Origin: Paraspadella gotoi
Taxonomy: Eukaryota > Animalia > Chaetognatha
DNA: 64,000 nucleotides
Assembly (NCBI GenBank): GCA_051294375.1
Contig: CM119269.1
Coordinates: forward strand, 21,908,815 to 21,972,814
Direction of reading: 5' to 3'
Under the pieces are notes generated by a model. It was not told the origin of the DNA and ran no database searches. It saw nothing but the letters and a program-made list of their open reading frames with translations. Positions 1 through 12,309 of this stretch are shown piece after piece. Every line of letters starts with the position of its first letter. Within the stretch, counting starts at the first letter, position 1. Made by a program: the position numbers and the translations under genes.

Positions 1-663
1 CATCTTTCTTTCCTTCTTTCCATCTTTCTCAATCCCAATTCAGCGACAGTCTGCATTTCCATTCACCAACGGAATATCTATCCGTGGATGCGGATGTCAC
101 CTCCTGTGATCCGGATGTCACCTCCTGTGATAGATTTTGGTGGCGACCTAGATATCACGAGGATTAAAGAGTGGCGGGTGAGGGGGGAGGGCTGATCAAT
201 CGGGGGAGGTCAGGGCTCGAACCCGGAACGTTTCGTACTCGAAAGAAGATAGAAATTTTGGACGAAAAATAATTTTTAAAAAAACAATTTTAATTAACAG
301 TGTTAATAATGATTAAATAACAATTACTGAGACCAAAATAACAGTAAAATTCTTTTTTTAAGTCGTCCTATTTTCAATGACAAAGTAAAGCGAGTTATCA
401 ATATTGTTAAAATCAATTCTCAAACTCGTTAGATTCGGTTCATGATGTTTTCTTTTTCCGACTTCACAAAAACAAGTTTCTATTCACAGGATTTATTCAC
501 AAGCCACGAGAGAAAGCGCGGGAGAAAGAAAAAACCTTCTCTCTAATAAATAATACGAAAAAAAATAATATTCTTTGCCATTCGTTGGGCTTTGATCGCC
601 TCGGGCGGTCACATGTATTTGTCGGGCAACTTTTCTCCCTCCATTTACTCAGCAAGGAGCCCT

Positions 664-900
664 TTTCTTTTTCTTTTTCTTTTTCCTTTCTTTTCTTTTC
701 TTTTCTTTTCTTTTCTTTTCTTTTCTTTTTCTTTTCTTTTCTTTTCTTTTCTTTTCTTTTCCTTTATTTTTCTTTTTCTTTCTTTTCTTTCTTTTCTTTC
801 TTTTCTTTTCTTTTTTTCTTTTCTTTTCTTTTCTTTTTCTTTTTTTTCTCTTTTTTTCTTTTTCTTGTTTTTATTCTTTTTCTTTTCTTTTCTTCTTTTC
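664..900. repeat. (CTTTT)n pyrimidine low-complexity tract
   Basis: Degenerate cttttct repeats; explains the Phe/Ser-rich ORFs at 585-1013. Confidence 0.9.
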
Positions 901-1819
901 TCCTTTACTTTTCGTTTCTTGTTCCGTTTATTTTTCTTACTTTCTCTACAACAGTCTGTCTAACTCAACAACATGTTTGTCTTTCCAGATCCTTCTTAAG
1001 ACTTAAGACTTAACTGTTTCTCAACAAAACTCGATTAGTTAAAATGTATTTTTGAAAAATTTATTCGCTTCAAATTAACTTTTTGTCGGTAGGAAAATAG
1101 TTTTAAAAAACCTTCCGTTGTATTTGAATACCTAGTAGTATTGCAACAATTTTTTTGTATCACAAAACCGTCACTTCAGATCTTCGGTAAAATTTCTGCT
1201 CTGAAGAATTCTTGGAAATACTTGTTATAAGCCTATTATCGAAAATAACTTAATAATAATTTCTTTGTTTTTGATTTTAGTAAATTTTTCTTTATTTATT
1301 TATTTTATTTCAATTCCATCTTCTCTTTCTGTTATCTTCTTCTCTTTTTTCTTCTTCTTTTTTTTCTTCTTCTCTTTTTTCTTCTTCTCTTTTTTCTTCT
1401 TCTCTAATGACAACCAATGTTTTCTTCTTCTCTTTGGACTGACGCTCAATTTGCCAACAAAATCGTTTCCGTCTTTTTTATCTGACTCTGTCTCTCTCTT
1501 TCTCTCTTTCTCGCGCTCTCTCTCTCTTTCTCTTTTTCACGCATGCTAAATCGACGGCTCTCTCTCTCTCACTCTCTCTCTCTAACCCCCCCTATTGACA
1601 CGTCCTTTCTTATCCTCTTTTCTCTTTTTCCTCATCATTGAAAAAAACCCTTTCCTATTTATTCGGATCTACTTATCAGCAGATCCCGACTCTATAATCC
1701 ACTTTGTCGGTCCGTCGGTCCGCCCCCTCAATATTGTCGGGCACTAACTTATATCATGTCAGAACTTCGAATTATGATAAATTATGCAAAAAAAATGATG
1801 TCCGTCCGTCCGTCCCTCC

Positions 1820-1850
<31 letters not shown>

Positions 1851-1979
1851 CCACCTTAGCAAAAAACTCCAATTACTCGTGATTGGATGGTTGGATTGGA
1901 ATGAAATTTTAAAAATTTCTCTCTTCTCTCTCTGATTGACTGATTGATTGATTGCAAGCTGAACAAGTTATTTTCTGCA

Positions 1980-2640
1980 AGTTGGACAAATTATGCCAGT
2001 TGATAAAATAATACCAGTTGACCAAATTATGCCGGTTAACCAAATTATGCCAGTTGAGCAAATTGTCAGATGACCAAATTACGTCAGTTGTCCTAATTAT
2101 GTCAGTTTAATCAAATTCTCCAAATTATGCCAGTTTACCAAATTATGCCAGTTGATAAAATTATACCAGCTGACCAAATTATGCCGGTTATCCAAATTTT
2201 ACAAGTTGATCAAATTATGCCATATGAAAAGGTTATGTCAGTTGACCAAATTATGCTAGTTTGAAGAGGCTGGTTTTACAGGGCGCCACACCCGCAGCGG
2301 TGTCACCTCGTGGTGACAGCGAGACAGCATATTCATGTAGTCCAGAGCTTTGGATCTGGCAGTAGGCCCATGCCTACAGGCGGGTTATCCGGTCCAATCC
2401 ACTTTCTACATGACAACCTCAGGGTTCGAACCAGGGACGCAGATTGGGATGGTGCATTAGTCCACGGAGCCACTGAGGCGCTGCAAAAGAAACAGCTTTA
2501 ATCCATCTGTGGTGATAGGACCACCAGAAGTTGACCAAATAATGCAGGTTGATTAAATTATGCAAGTTGACCAAATTATGCAAGTTGACCAAATTATGCA
2601 AAATTAGCAAATTATGCAAAATTATTAAATTATGCAAGTT
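1980..2640 (+). repeat. 18-bp minisatellite (TTGACCAAATTATGCAAG), interrupted by a SINE-like insert
   Basis: Visible tandem units at 1980-2263 and 2528-2640; the same array occurs in reverse at 38497-38965 and 46770-47240. Confidence 0.85.
2264..2527 (-). mobile_element. tRNA-derived SINE-like insertion
   Basis: Minus strand has A-box-like TGGCTCCGTGG (~2462-2472) and B-box GGTTCGAACCC (2422-2432); GC-rich block that splits the 18-bp array. Confidence 0.6.
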
Positions 2641-3088
2641 GGTATTGGCGAGGCCACTGGTAATGATTGATAGATCATTTGATTTATAGATTTTTTCATA
2701 AATTTATTAAGAAGTCTGTTATGATTTGTTATGTTACAATGTGTTATGATCTGTTAAGATCACAAATTAAAAGTCAGAAAAAATTACCGTGATTTATCAT
2801 CGCATTAGCTTATTACCGCTTAATTATCGTAGGCAGATCCGACATTGTTTGCTCAAACTTGTTCTTTTCTCCCTTTCCTTTATTTTCTTTCCTTTTTTCC
2901 TTTTTTCTTTTTTTCTTTTCTCCCTTTCCTTTATTTTCTTTCCTTTTTTCCTCCTTTATCCTCTTAATCCCGTTGCCTCCCGATTCCCTCAGAATATTGG
3001 TTCCTTCTTTCGATTCTCCGATAACAACTTCGTTCAAACACAAAAAACTTTCGTACTTTTTCTCGTCTCGAGGACGGGACTGGAAATG

Positions 3089-3126
<38 letters not shown>

Positions 3127-4547
3127 CTCTTCTCTCTCTCTCTCTCTCTCTCGCGCAGCGCTACTTTTCCCTCCCTCTCTTAAGAGTTATAACCGAAACG
3201 TTAAGGTTTTCGTTTCACTTAGTCAAAGCGACGTCGTCGTCGTTGTCGTCGTCGTCGTTGTCGTCGTTGCCATCTGGGTTGTCTTCTTCTTGGTCGTCGT
3301 CGTCGTCGTCGTCGTCGCCGTCAGAGGGAAAATGAAAGAAGATAAATAACTTTTTTTTTTTGAAGCAAAAAAAAAAAGAAAAATTCGTTCTTTCTCTCAA
3401 TTTTCTTTTTCTTCTTTTTCTTTTTTCTTTTGTGGAATCGAAAAATTGGGTCGAGCGAGAGTTTTAAATGTTAACCGAACTATGTAATGTTTATTGTGAA
3501 TATAAAGATAAGTGAATTTGAATAAAGATTTAAAGATCCAGAGAAATTAAGTAACATATTTAGATGAATTTTAAAAAAAGATATTAAAAGGAGTTAAATT
3601 AACTTATGAATAAACAAATCATAGCCAAAATAATACATTTAAGCAATACTTCCGAGTATAACTAGAAAAAAAGGAATTTGTATGGTCACATTTTTTTAAA
3701 AAGCATATACCTTTATTGATGTATCATGATACATCTGTTATTTTACTACTTAAATTATATTATTTAATTATTTATATATTACTTTTATAAATATTTTTTG
3801 CTTATTATATCTAATAACTCATTTTGTGAGGGGGAGGTCAGTGTTGTCTTCTGGAAATAGAGGGAGTGAGGCATCTATACAACATAAGGTTAGACTAATT
3901 TGTACCAATTTCATATTATACATTAAATTTTTTTAATTAAATTTAAAAATAAATGTAAAAAATTAATTTATTTTACTATATATTAGATTAAATTATATTC
4001 TTTATATAAAGTATATAAGGTATATAAAGTATATCTAAGATTTTTATATATTTATGATGGGCCGAGGGTCGCTTCCCCACGCAACTATTAAAAATAAACA
4101 TTAAACTAAACTTAACTACTCATATAATCATCCAACTCGTTAACATTAAACGTCGAATCAACTTTTTTTTCTTAATCGATTTCACAATTTTTTTTCCGCC
4201 GAAAAAAAATCTCAAAACGGAAATTAAATAAACCGGCACTATTTTCCAAAAGCTTCCAATTTAAGTTCCTTATTAATTTTAATTCTAATATTTAAATTTA
4301 ATTTTTTTACCGAATCTTTAACCCGATTCATAATTTAGATTCTTAACTTTAACTTTATCTACAAACCTCAAACCTTAATCTCATATGCTAATTCTTAATT
4401 TTTTTAACTTATATTATTTCTGATTTTGAGCAGAAATTAGGCGTTTCGGGTAAATATGGCCAAGAACTATTTCCTAGAAATGAGACGAATCCTCGTCAAT
4501 TTGAGTCCAAAGATAAAAAAATTCTGCGACGGAAGATGATATTCTCT

Positions 4548-4581
<34 letters not shown>

Positions 4582-4595
4582 CTCTCTCTCTCCTC

Positions 4596-4644
<49 letters not shown>

Positions 4645-4719
4645 ATCTCTTTCTCTCGTCTCTCTCTCTCTTTCATCTCTCTCTCTCTCTCTTCNNNNNN
4701 NNNNNNNNNNNNNNNNNNN

Positions 4720-7700
4720 TTGCCTTCTTGTTTTAAAGTTTTTATTTCTTTTACATTGGAAAATCGTTTTCTTGTTATTTTTAAAGTTTCATATCTTTTT
4801 TACCAGAAGAAAAAGTCGTTTTTCTGGTGTATTTAACGTTTTTTATCTATTGAGAGTTGAAGAGAAAGCCTACATTAATAAAGTTAAAGGAAGAGAAAGA
4901 GAGAAGAGATAGGAAGGACATGATATAAAAGAGAGGAATTTTGTTGTCTGTGTTGATAAAAAGATATTTAATAACTGTCGCTCCCACCCAATTTTAACAA
5001 CCTCGATGAATGTTGATTTGCAGAAGTAATCTTTAACTTTTTATTTTTTTTTCTTTGAAAATATCGTTTTCCACGGTGTTTAGAAATTTTTTTATCTCTT
5101 TTTAACATTGGAAATAGCCGTTTTTTTTCTTTGTTTTTAAAGTTGTGATCCATCTTTGGAAATATCGTCTGCCGGTGTTTATAACGTTTTTATTTACTTT
5201 TTACTTCTAAGAAAAGTCGTTTATCGTGTTTTTGTAAACTCTTTTTACAATTGAGAAAAGACGTTTCGGCCGTTTTTTTTAAAGTTTTTATTATCTTTTA
5301 CATTGAAAAACATCGGTTTCTGCTTATTTTTAAAGTTTTCATATCTTTTAACAGAGAAAAAGTCGGTTTTCTGGTGTATTTAACCGTTTTTATCTATTGA
5401 GAGTGAGAGAAAGCTATATATATAATTAAAGAGAAGAGAGAGAGAGAGAAGGAGACATAAAATACAAGAGAGAGGTTGAGCGCAAATTTGTGTGTGTTTT
5501 GATAAAAAGGAGAGTTAATAAAAACTTGTCCTCAACCAATTGTTAACAACCTCGATGAAATGTTAATTTGGCCAGAGTATTTAACGTTTTTATTTCGTGT
5601 TTTTTCTTTTGAAAATATCGTTTCCGGTGTTTTAGAAAATATTTTATCCCTTTTTACATTGGAGAAAGAGCGTTTTTTCCTCTGTTTCGTAAATTTGTTT
5701 ATCTCTTTGGAAATATCGTCGCGCGGTTTATTTAAACATTTTATTACTTTTTCTTTAGAAAAGTCGTTATCGGTGTTTTTAATCTTTTTCACATGGAAAC
5801 GTTTGCCGTTTTTTTAAAAGTTTTTTATTTCTTTTTAACATTGGAAATCGACTTTTCTGTTATTTTTAATAGTTTCCATATCTTTTTACCAGAGAAAAAG
5901 TCCGTTCTTGTGGTGTATTTAACGTTTTTTTAACTATTGAGAGTGAGAGAATAGCACAATAAAATTAAAAGAGAATGAGGAGGAGAGAAGGAGCACATGA
6001 AAAATAAAAGAAAGGAAATTTGTTTGTTTGATAAAAAAGAATATTTAATAACGTCACACCATTTTAACAACCTCGATGATGTTTTTGCAAGAAGTATTTA
6101 ACGTTTTATTGTCTTATTTGTACTCTGAAAATATCGTTTTCCGGTGGGTTTTATAGATTTTTTATCTCTTTTTCACATTGGAAAAAGCGTTTTTTTTCCT
6201 TTGTTTTTAAGAGGTTGGTATCTCTTAGAACTATCGTCCTGCCGTGTAATTAACGGTTTTTATTAGCTTTTTACTTTAGATAAAGTCGTTTATCGTGTTT
6301 TTTAACTCTTTTACATTGGAAAAAAACGTTTGCGTTTTTTTTTTAAGTTTTAATTTTTTTTCATTGGAAAATCTTTTCTGTATTATTTAAAGTTTTCATA
6401 TCTTTTACAGAGAAAATAGTTCGTTTTCCTGGTTTATGTAACGTTTTATCTATTGAGAGTGAGAGAAAGCCCTACATAATAATTAAAGAGACAGAGAGGA
6501 AGAAGGAGAACATAAAAAGAAAAGAGAGGAAATATTGTTTGTTTGATAAACGTATAAAAGATAATTTAAACTGTCGTTACCCAATTTTAAAACCTCGTGA
6601 CTTTATTTATGCAGAAAGTATTTAACGTTTTAATTTCATTTTTCTTGAAATATCGTTTTCCGGTGTTTTTTAGAAATTTTTATCTCTTTTTTACATTGGA
6701 AAAGGTTTTTCTTTGTTTTTAAAGTTGTTATCGTCTTTGGAAATATCCGTCTGCCGGTTGTAATTTTAACTTTTGTTAGCTTTTATTTTAGAAGAGACAT
6801 TTATCGGTGTTTTTAACTCTTATTAACATTGGAAAACGTTTGCTCCTCTTTTTTTTAAAGTTTTATTCTTTTTACATTGAAAAATCGTTTTCTGTTATTT
6901 TTAAGTTTTCAATATCTTTTAAGAGAGAAAAAGTCGTTTTTTCTGTGTGAGAGAAGCTTACATAAAATAAAGAGGAAAAGAGAGAGAGAAGGGAGACATA
7001 AAAATAAAAGAAGGAAATTTGTTTGTTTTTATAAAAAAAGATAAATTTAATAACTGTACTCACCCAATTTTAACACCTCCGATGATGTTATTTGCAGAAG
7101 TATTTAAACGTTTTTATTTTTTTTTCCTTTGAAAATATCGTTTCCGGTGTTTTTAGAAATTTTTTATCTCTTTTTTACATTGGAAAAAGCGTTTTTTCTT
7201 TGTTTTTAAAAGTTGTTAATCTCTTTGAAATATCGTCTGGCCGCTGTATATTATTAACGTTTTTATCATTTTTACTTTAGAAAGTCGTTTATATTTCTGG
7301 ATTTATCAAGTTTGGCTTCATTAATTTCGATAGTTTATTTCTTTATATTTGTTTTACGCATTGGAAACAATCGTCTTGCACCGTTTTTTTTTAAGTTTTT
7401 ATTTCTTTTATACAATGAGAAAAAAGTGTGACCGTTTTCTGTATTTTAAACGTTTTCAGTGAGCGTCTTTTTATCTACAGAGAAAGTCGTTCTTCTGGTG
7501 TATTAACGGTTTTTTCTATTGAAAGTGGAGAAAGCCTACATAAAATTAAAGAGAAAAGAAGAGAGAAGTGAGACATAGAAAAATAAAGATGAGGAAAATT
7601 GTTTGTTTTTGACTAAACGTATTAAAGAAGATATTTAATAGCTGTCCTTACATCGCTCAATTTTAACACAGCCTCGATGTCGGTAATTTCAGAGTATTGT

Positions 7701-9850
7701 AAAGCGTCTTTTATTCTTATTTTCTTAAAAATATCGTTTCCGGTGTTTTTTTAGAAATTCTTTTTAATCTGCTTTTTACATTGGAAAAAAGCGTTGTTTT
7801 TTCTCTGTTTTTAAATGTTCTTATCTCTTTGGAAATATCGTCTGCCGTGTATTAACGTTTTTATCATTTTTACTTTAGAAAGCTCGTTTATCAGGTACGG
7901 ATGTTTTTTGAGAGCTCTTTTACATTGAGGATAAATAGATTAGCCGAGGTTTTTTTAAAGTTTTTAATTCTTTTACAATGGAAAAAAATCGTTTCTGTTT
8001 AGTTTTTAAAGTTTTTCTAGCTTTTAGCAGATAAAAAGTCGTTTTTCCTGGTGTACTAGAGCCGTTTTATATCTATTTGAGAGGCTGAGAGAAAGCCACT
8101 TACATAAAATTAAAAGAGAAAGAGAGAGAGAAGGAGACATATAAAATAGACAGGAGAGAGAAATTTGTTTGTTATGATATGAATATGAACTAGTTAATGA
8201 ACTGTCCTCACCCAATTTAACACACTTATGAATGTTTGATTTGCAGGAAGTATTTAACGTTTCTTATTTCTTTTCTCTTCTTTGAAAATATCGAGCTTTT
8301 CCGGTGGTTTTTAGGAAATTTTTTATCTTTTCTTATCATGAGAAAAGCCGTTTGTTTCTTTGGTTCTTAAGTTGATCGCTTACTCTTGTGAAATTATCGT
8401 CTGCCCGGTGTATTTAACGTTTTTATACTTTTACTTTAGAAAGTCGTTTAATTCGGTGTTTTATAACTTTCGTTTACATTGGAAAAAACGTTTGCCATCT
8501 TTTTTTTAAAAGGTCTTTTTTTTGTACGGTTTGTTTATACATTGGAAAAAAAAATCGTTTCTGGTTATTTTTAAGTTGTTTCATATAACTTTTTATGCCG
8601 AGGAAGACAAAAGTCGGTTGGCCTAAGCTATGGTGGGGCTAGTTGTACGTCTTTTTATCTCATTGAGAGTGAGAAGAAAAGCGTAATCATGTAAATATTC
8701 TGAGAGAGGATGAGAAAGAGAGAGAGAAGCGAGTACATATAAAATACACAAAGGAGAGAAATTCTGGTTTGGTTTTGATAACAAGATCTATTTAATAACT
8801 GTCCTCACCCAATTTTACACAAACCTCGATGATGTTATTTGCAGAAGTATTTAAACGTTTTATTTCTTTTTCGCTTGAAAAATATCGTTTTCCGGTGTTT
8901 TAGATTTTTTATCTCTTTTACATGGAAAAAGCGTTTTTCCTTTGGTTTTTAAAGTTGTTATCTGCTTTGGAATATCGTCTGCCGGTGTATTTAACGTTTT
9001 TAGAAGTAGCTTATCATACGTCTTTAAGAAGTCGTTAGGTACGTGTTTTTTAACTCTTTTATGACAGTTGGGAAAAATAATACGTAGTTGCCCGTTTTTT
9101 TTATTTGAAAAAGTTATTGTAATTTCTTTTAGCATTGGAAAATCGTTTTCTGTTATTTTTAAAGCAGAGTTTTTTCTCACTATGCTTGATCGTCATTCTT
9201 TTAGCAAACAGAGAACAAAAGGCTCTTGGCAGTCGGCTTTCGTCCGCGTGTATTTAATAACCGTTTTTATCTATTGAGAAAGTGAGAAGAAAGCCTACTT
9301 ATAAAGATTATAGACGATACGATAAACAAGCGAAGAGAGAAGAGCATAAAAATAAAAGAGAGGAAATTGTTTATTTATTATATAAAGACGTAATTTAATA
9401 TATGTCCCTTCGACTGGAGGTGAGGAGACGAGACATTTCTTTGTGACGCCAATTTTAACCACCTCGATTGATGTTATTTGCAGAGTATTTACAGTTTTCG
9501 AGGTTTTTTTTCTGTGAGAGAAAATTCGTTTTCTCCTCGGTGTTCTGAAGTTTTTTACACATCTTTTTACCATTGGAAAAAAAGCGGTCGTTTATGTACC
9601 ATGTGGACCACTCCTGTTTGTAAAGTTGTTATCTTCTCACACTTTGCGAAATTATCGTCTGCCCACGTGGTTAATTTACATTTTTTATTGTGCACTCTTT
9701 TACGGGACATGATTGGTTAAGAAAAATGTCGTTTGATGCGGCTGGAGGATTGATCGTTGTTCGTTCTACATCTCTTTGTCCGCGCTCCGTGTTTAAACAC
9801 CAATTGAAAAATGCGTATTTAGGCGTTTGTGTATCTGCCTGTTGTTGTTG
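4720..9850 (+). repeat. ~520-600 bp satellite, block 1 (~9 units)
   Basis: Marker AACAACCTCGATGA recurs near 4996, 5545, 6066, 6590, 7072, 7670, 8220, 8820, 9460; unit contains ~45-bp subrepeats (..TTTTACATTGGAAAA..CGTTT..); heavy indel noise. Confidence 0.9.
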
Positions 9851-9899
9851 GCTTTTTTAAAGTTTTTTCAGCTGATTTTCCTATCTGTGCGGTGTGGTC

Positions 9900-10620
9900 T
9901 ATCCCATTTTTCCATCGATGTGGTCGGGGTCTAAGGTCGTTTCTCTAGCTTTGGGTTTCTTTCTTCGTCTTTGTAATGCGCTGTTTTAAAAACTGATCTA
10001 ATTAAAAGGAGCAAAAGGGTCAGGGTTGCCGCACAGGGGCTATGGGCGTCGCTGGCGCCGAGTCTATCTCTTTTCTTGTTCTTTTTCTTTTTATATTTTT
10101 ATTTGGGAACAACAAAAACACACGAAGGGGACACATAACGTTAGATACGCGGTACTAGTTTTTTCCGCGTCCGCTGAATTTTGCGGAGATTCTCGTCCTT
10201 CCCTTCCCTCCTCGGTTGACACCACCCCCCGCTGCCCGAAGTTTGGTCATTTGATGTCGTAGATACTGCTATTTGGAAACAGTTTTTCGATTTTGCAGTT
10301 TCGAGGATGGCCGTCGCGTGATGTCGAGGCGGCGGCGTACTCGATGGATTGCGTCGTCTGCGATTACGGCGCTGTCAGATTGGGAAGCGTTACGCGTGGT
10401 CATCCGGCATATTGATCTGTCGTTTTCTTTTTACTTTATAATACGTCGGCTGGGTGTTAGGTTGGGGATTTTGGTCTGTGGACGTCTTTGTGGGTGAAGA
10501 GAAATTTTTTTTTTTTGCTCTTTGGCATTTTTAAATATTATTTTATTTTTTTTAAAAAGAAATAATATATTATATTTCAATTCTTTTTTGTATTATTTTA
10601 ATTTATTTGTTTTTTTTTTT

Positions 10621-10660
<40 letters not shown>

Positions 10661-10665
10661 TTTTT

Positions 10666-10750
<85 letters not shown>

Positions 10751-12300
10751 TTATTTGTTTTTTTTTTTTATTTTTTTTATTTTTTTTATTTTTTTTTTTT
10801 TTATTTTTTTTATTTTTTATTATTTTTTTTTTTTTTAATAGAAAGAAAGAGAGGTTTTACTTTCATTTTCTTATTGCTTTTTATTTTTTTTTTTTTTTTT
10901 TTCTTTTTTATTGTTTTGTTGTTTTTTTTTTTTTTTTTTTCTATTTTTGTATTGTCATTATGTTTATTTTTTATTGTTATTTTTTTGATTTGTTTATTTT
11001 ATTTTTATTTATTTGTTTGTGGCTTATTTATTTTTTTTTTTTTTTTTTTTCTTTTTTTTTTTTCTTTTTTATTTTGTTTTTTATTGTTTTTCTTTTTTTT
11101 TTTTTTTCTTTTTTTTTTTCCTTGAAAAAGAAGATTATGATTCGCTTTATTAAAAAATGCATCAATTTTAAAAATATTTGTTTTTGAAGAGTTTGTATTT
11201 GGCAGAAACGATTCGGAAATCTGGAGAGAATTTGAAAGAAGAAAAAAAAAAAAAAAAAATAAATAGAATTTGGGCAATATGGAGAGATTTAAATTAAAAA
11301 AATTAATTTTAAAAAAAATGGGTTTGAAAATTAAATTTTTGGTTCGAGGATTGTCGTACAATCGCTGCGGAGTTTGTATTCGGATTTTGTTGAGAAGTAG
11401 TTTTCCTTTTTTGTTTTTTGTTTTTGGTTTTTTGTTTCCGTTTTTGTTTCTTTTTTAATAATTTTTTTACGTCGGGCTCATCGCACTGTTGTTGTTGAGC
11501 ACTTACAAGTTTCAGAGTATAGAATTGATTTATTCTCAATCTAACGTTAACATGAAATACATATAGTTTTAATAATGCTAGTATCTATATTCTATTATCA
11601 TGTGTATTTACAAGGCCAAAACGTTTGACATAAAGGTCAACGTTTTGAAACCATAAATTAAGTTGTGGGGGAATATGAAGCGAGGTAAAGGTTGGTAAGT
11701 TTTTTTTATGTCATTGTGGTTTTGGAGACCAATGGTTTGTCCGTTGTTTTAAATCGTTTCGCCACATGATTTTTTTGCATCCTGGTTTTACAATTTATTT
11801 CCGTTTTGAGTATTTTTTTTTTTCTGGGGCGGGCGGAAAAAAAATTTGTGAATCGATTAAGAAAAAAGTTTGATTCGAAAACGTTTAATGTATTATACTT
11901 TGTTTGTGAGTTTGTATGATTATATGAGTTAGTTAGTTTTAGTTTAATGTTTATTTTTAAATAGATTGCAGTGGGGAAGCGAACTCCTTGGGCCCAATCA
12001 TAAATAATATAAAAAATCTTAGATATACTTTTATTACCTTATATACTTTATATAAAGAATATAATTTAAATTAATATATAGTAATAAAGATTAATTTTTA
12101 TCATTTAATTTTTAAATTTTAATTAAAAAAATTTAATGTAATAATAACTAGTCTAAGCTACTTATGTATAGATGCTCCTCTATTGTCCAGAATGACAACA
12201 ACTGACCTCCCCCCCTCACAATGGTTATTAGATTAATAAGACAAAATTTTTAATAGTAATATTTATAATTAATTAATAATATAATTTAAGTTCAAATATG
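9900..12300 (-). mobile_element. Inverted, error-rich partial copy of the Gypsy 5' end (start of internal region, PBS, LTR) plus upstream flank
   Basis: 10250-10500 is the reverse complement of ~16600-16790; ~11470 ACGTCGGGCTCA is the reverse complement of the PBS; 11490-11760 matches the LTR; 11780-12300 is the reverse complement of ~3700-4230. Confidence 0.8.
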
Positions 12301-12309
12301 CTTTTATAA

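Larger units (their letters stand above)
1658..2863 (+). mobile_element. Non-autonomous Helentron-type (DINE-1/HINE-like) element, copy 1
   Basis: 5' end TTTTATTCGGATCTACTTATCAGCAGATCCCGAC (hairpin/subTIR), GTCC/GTCT microsatellite ~1800-1850, 3' subTIR GCAGATCCGAC (2833-2843) followed by short hairpin GTTTG-CT-CAAAC (2847-2858). Both ends match 59237-60581 in reverse complement. Confidence 0.7.

Noticed and set aside
1-150. Possible terminal exon on the minus strand with a 21-bp duplication (91-131)
   Set aside because: All frames stop within about 40 codons; no recognisable product.
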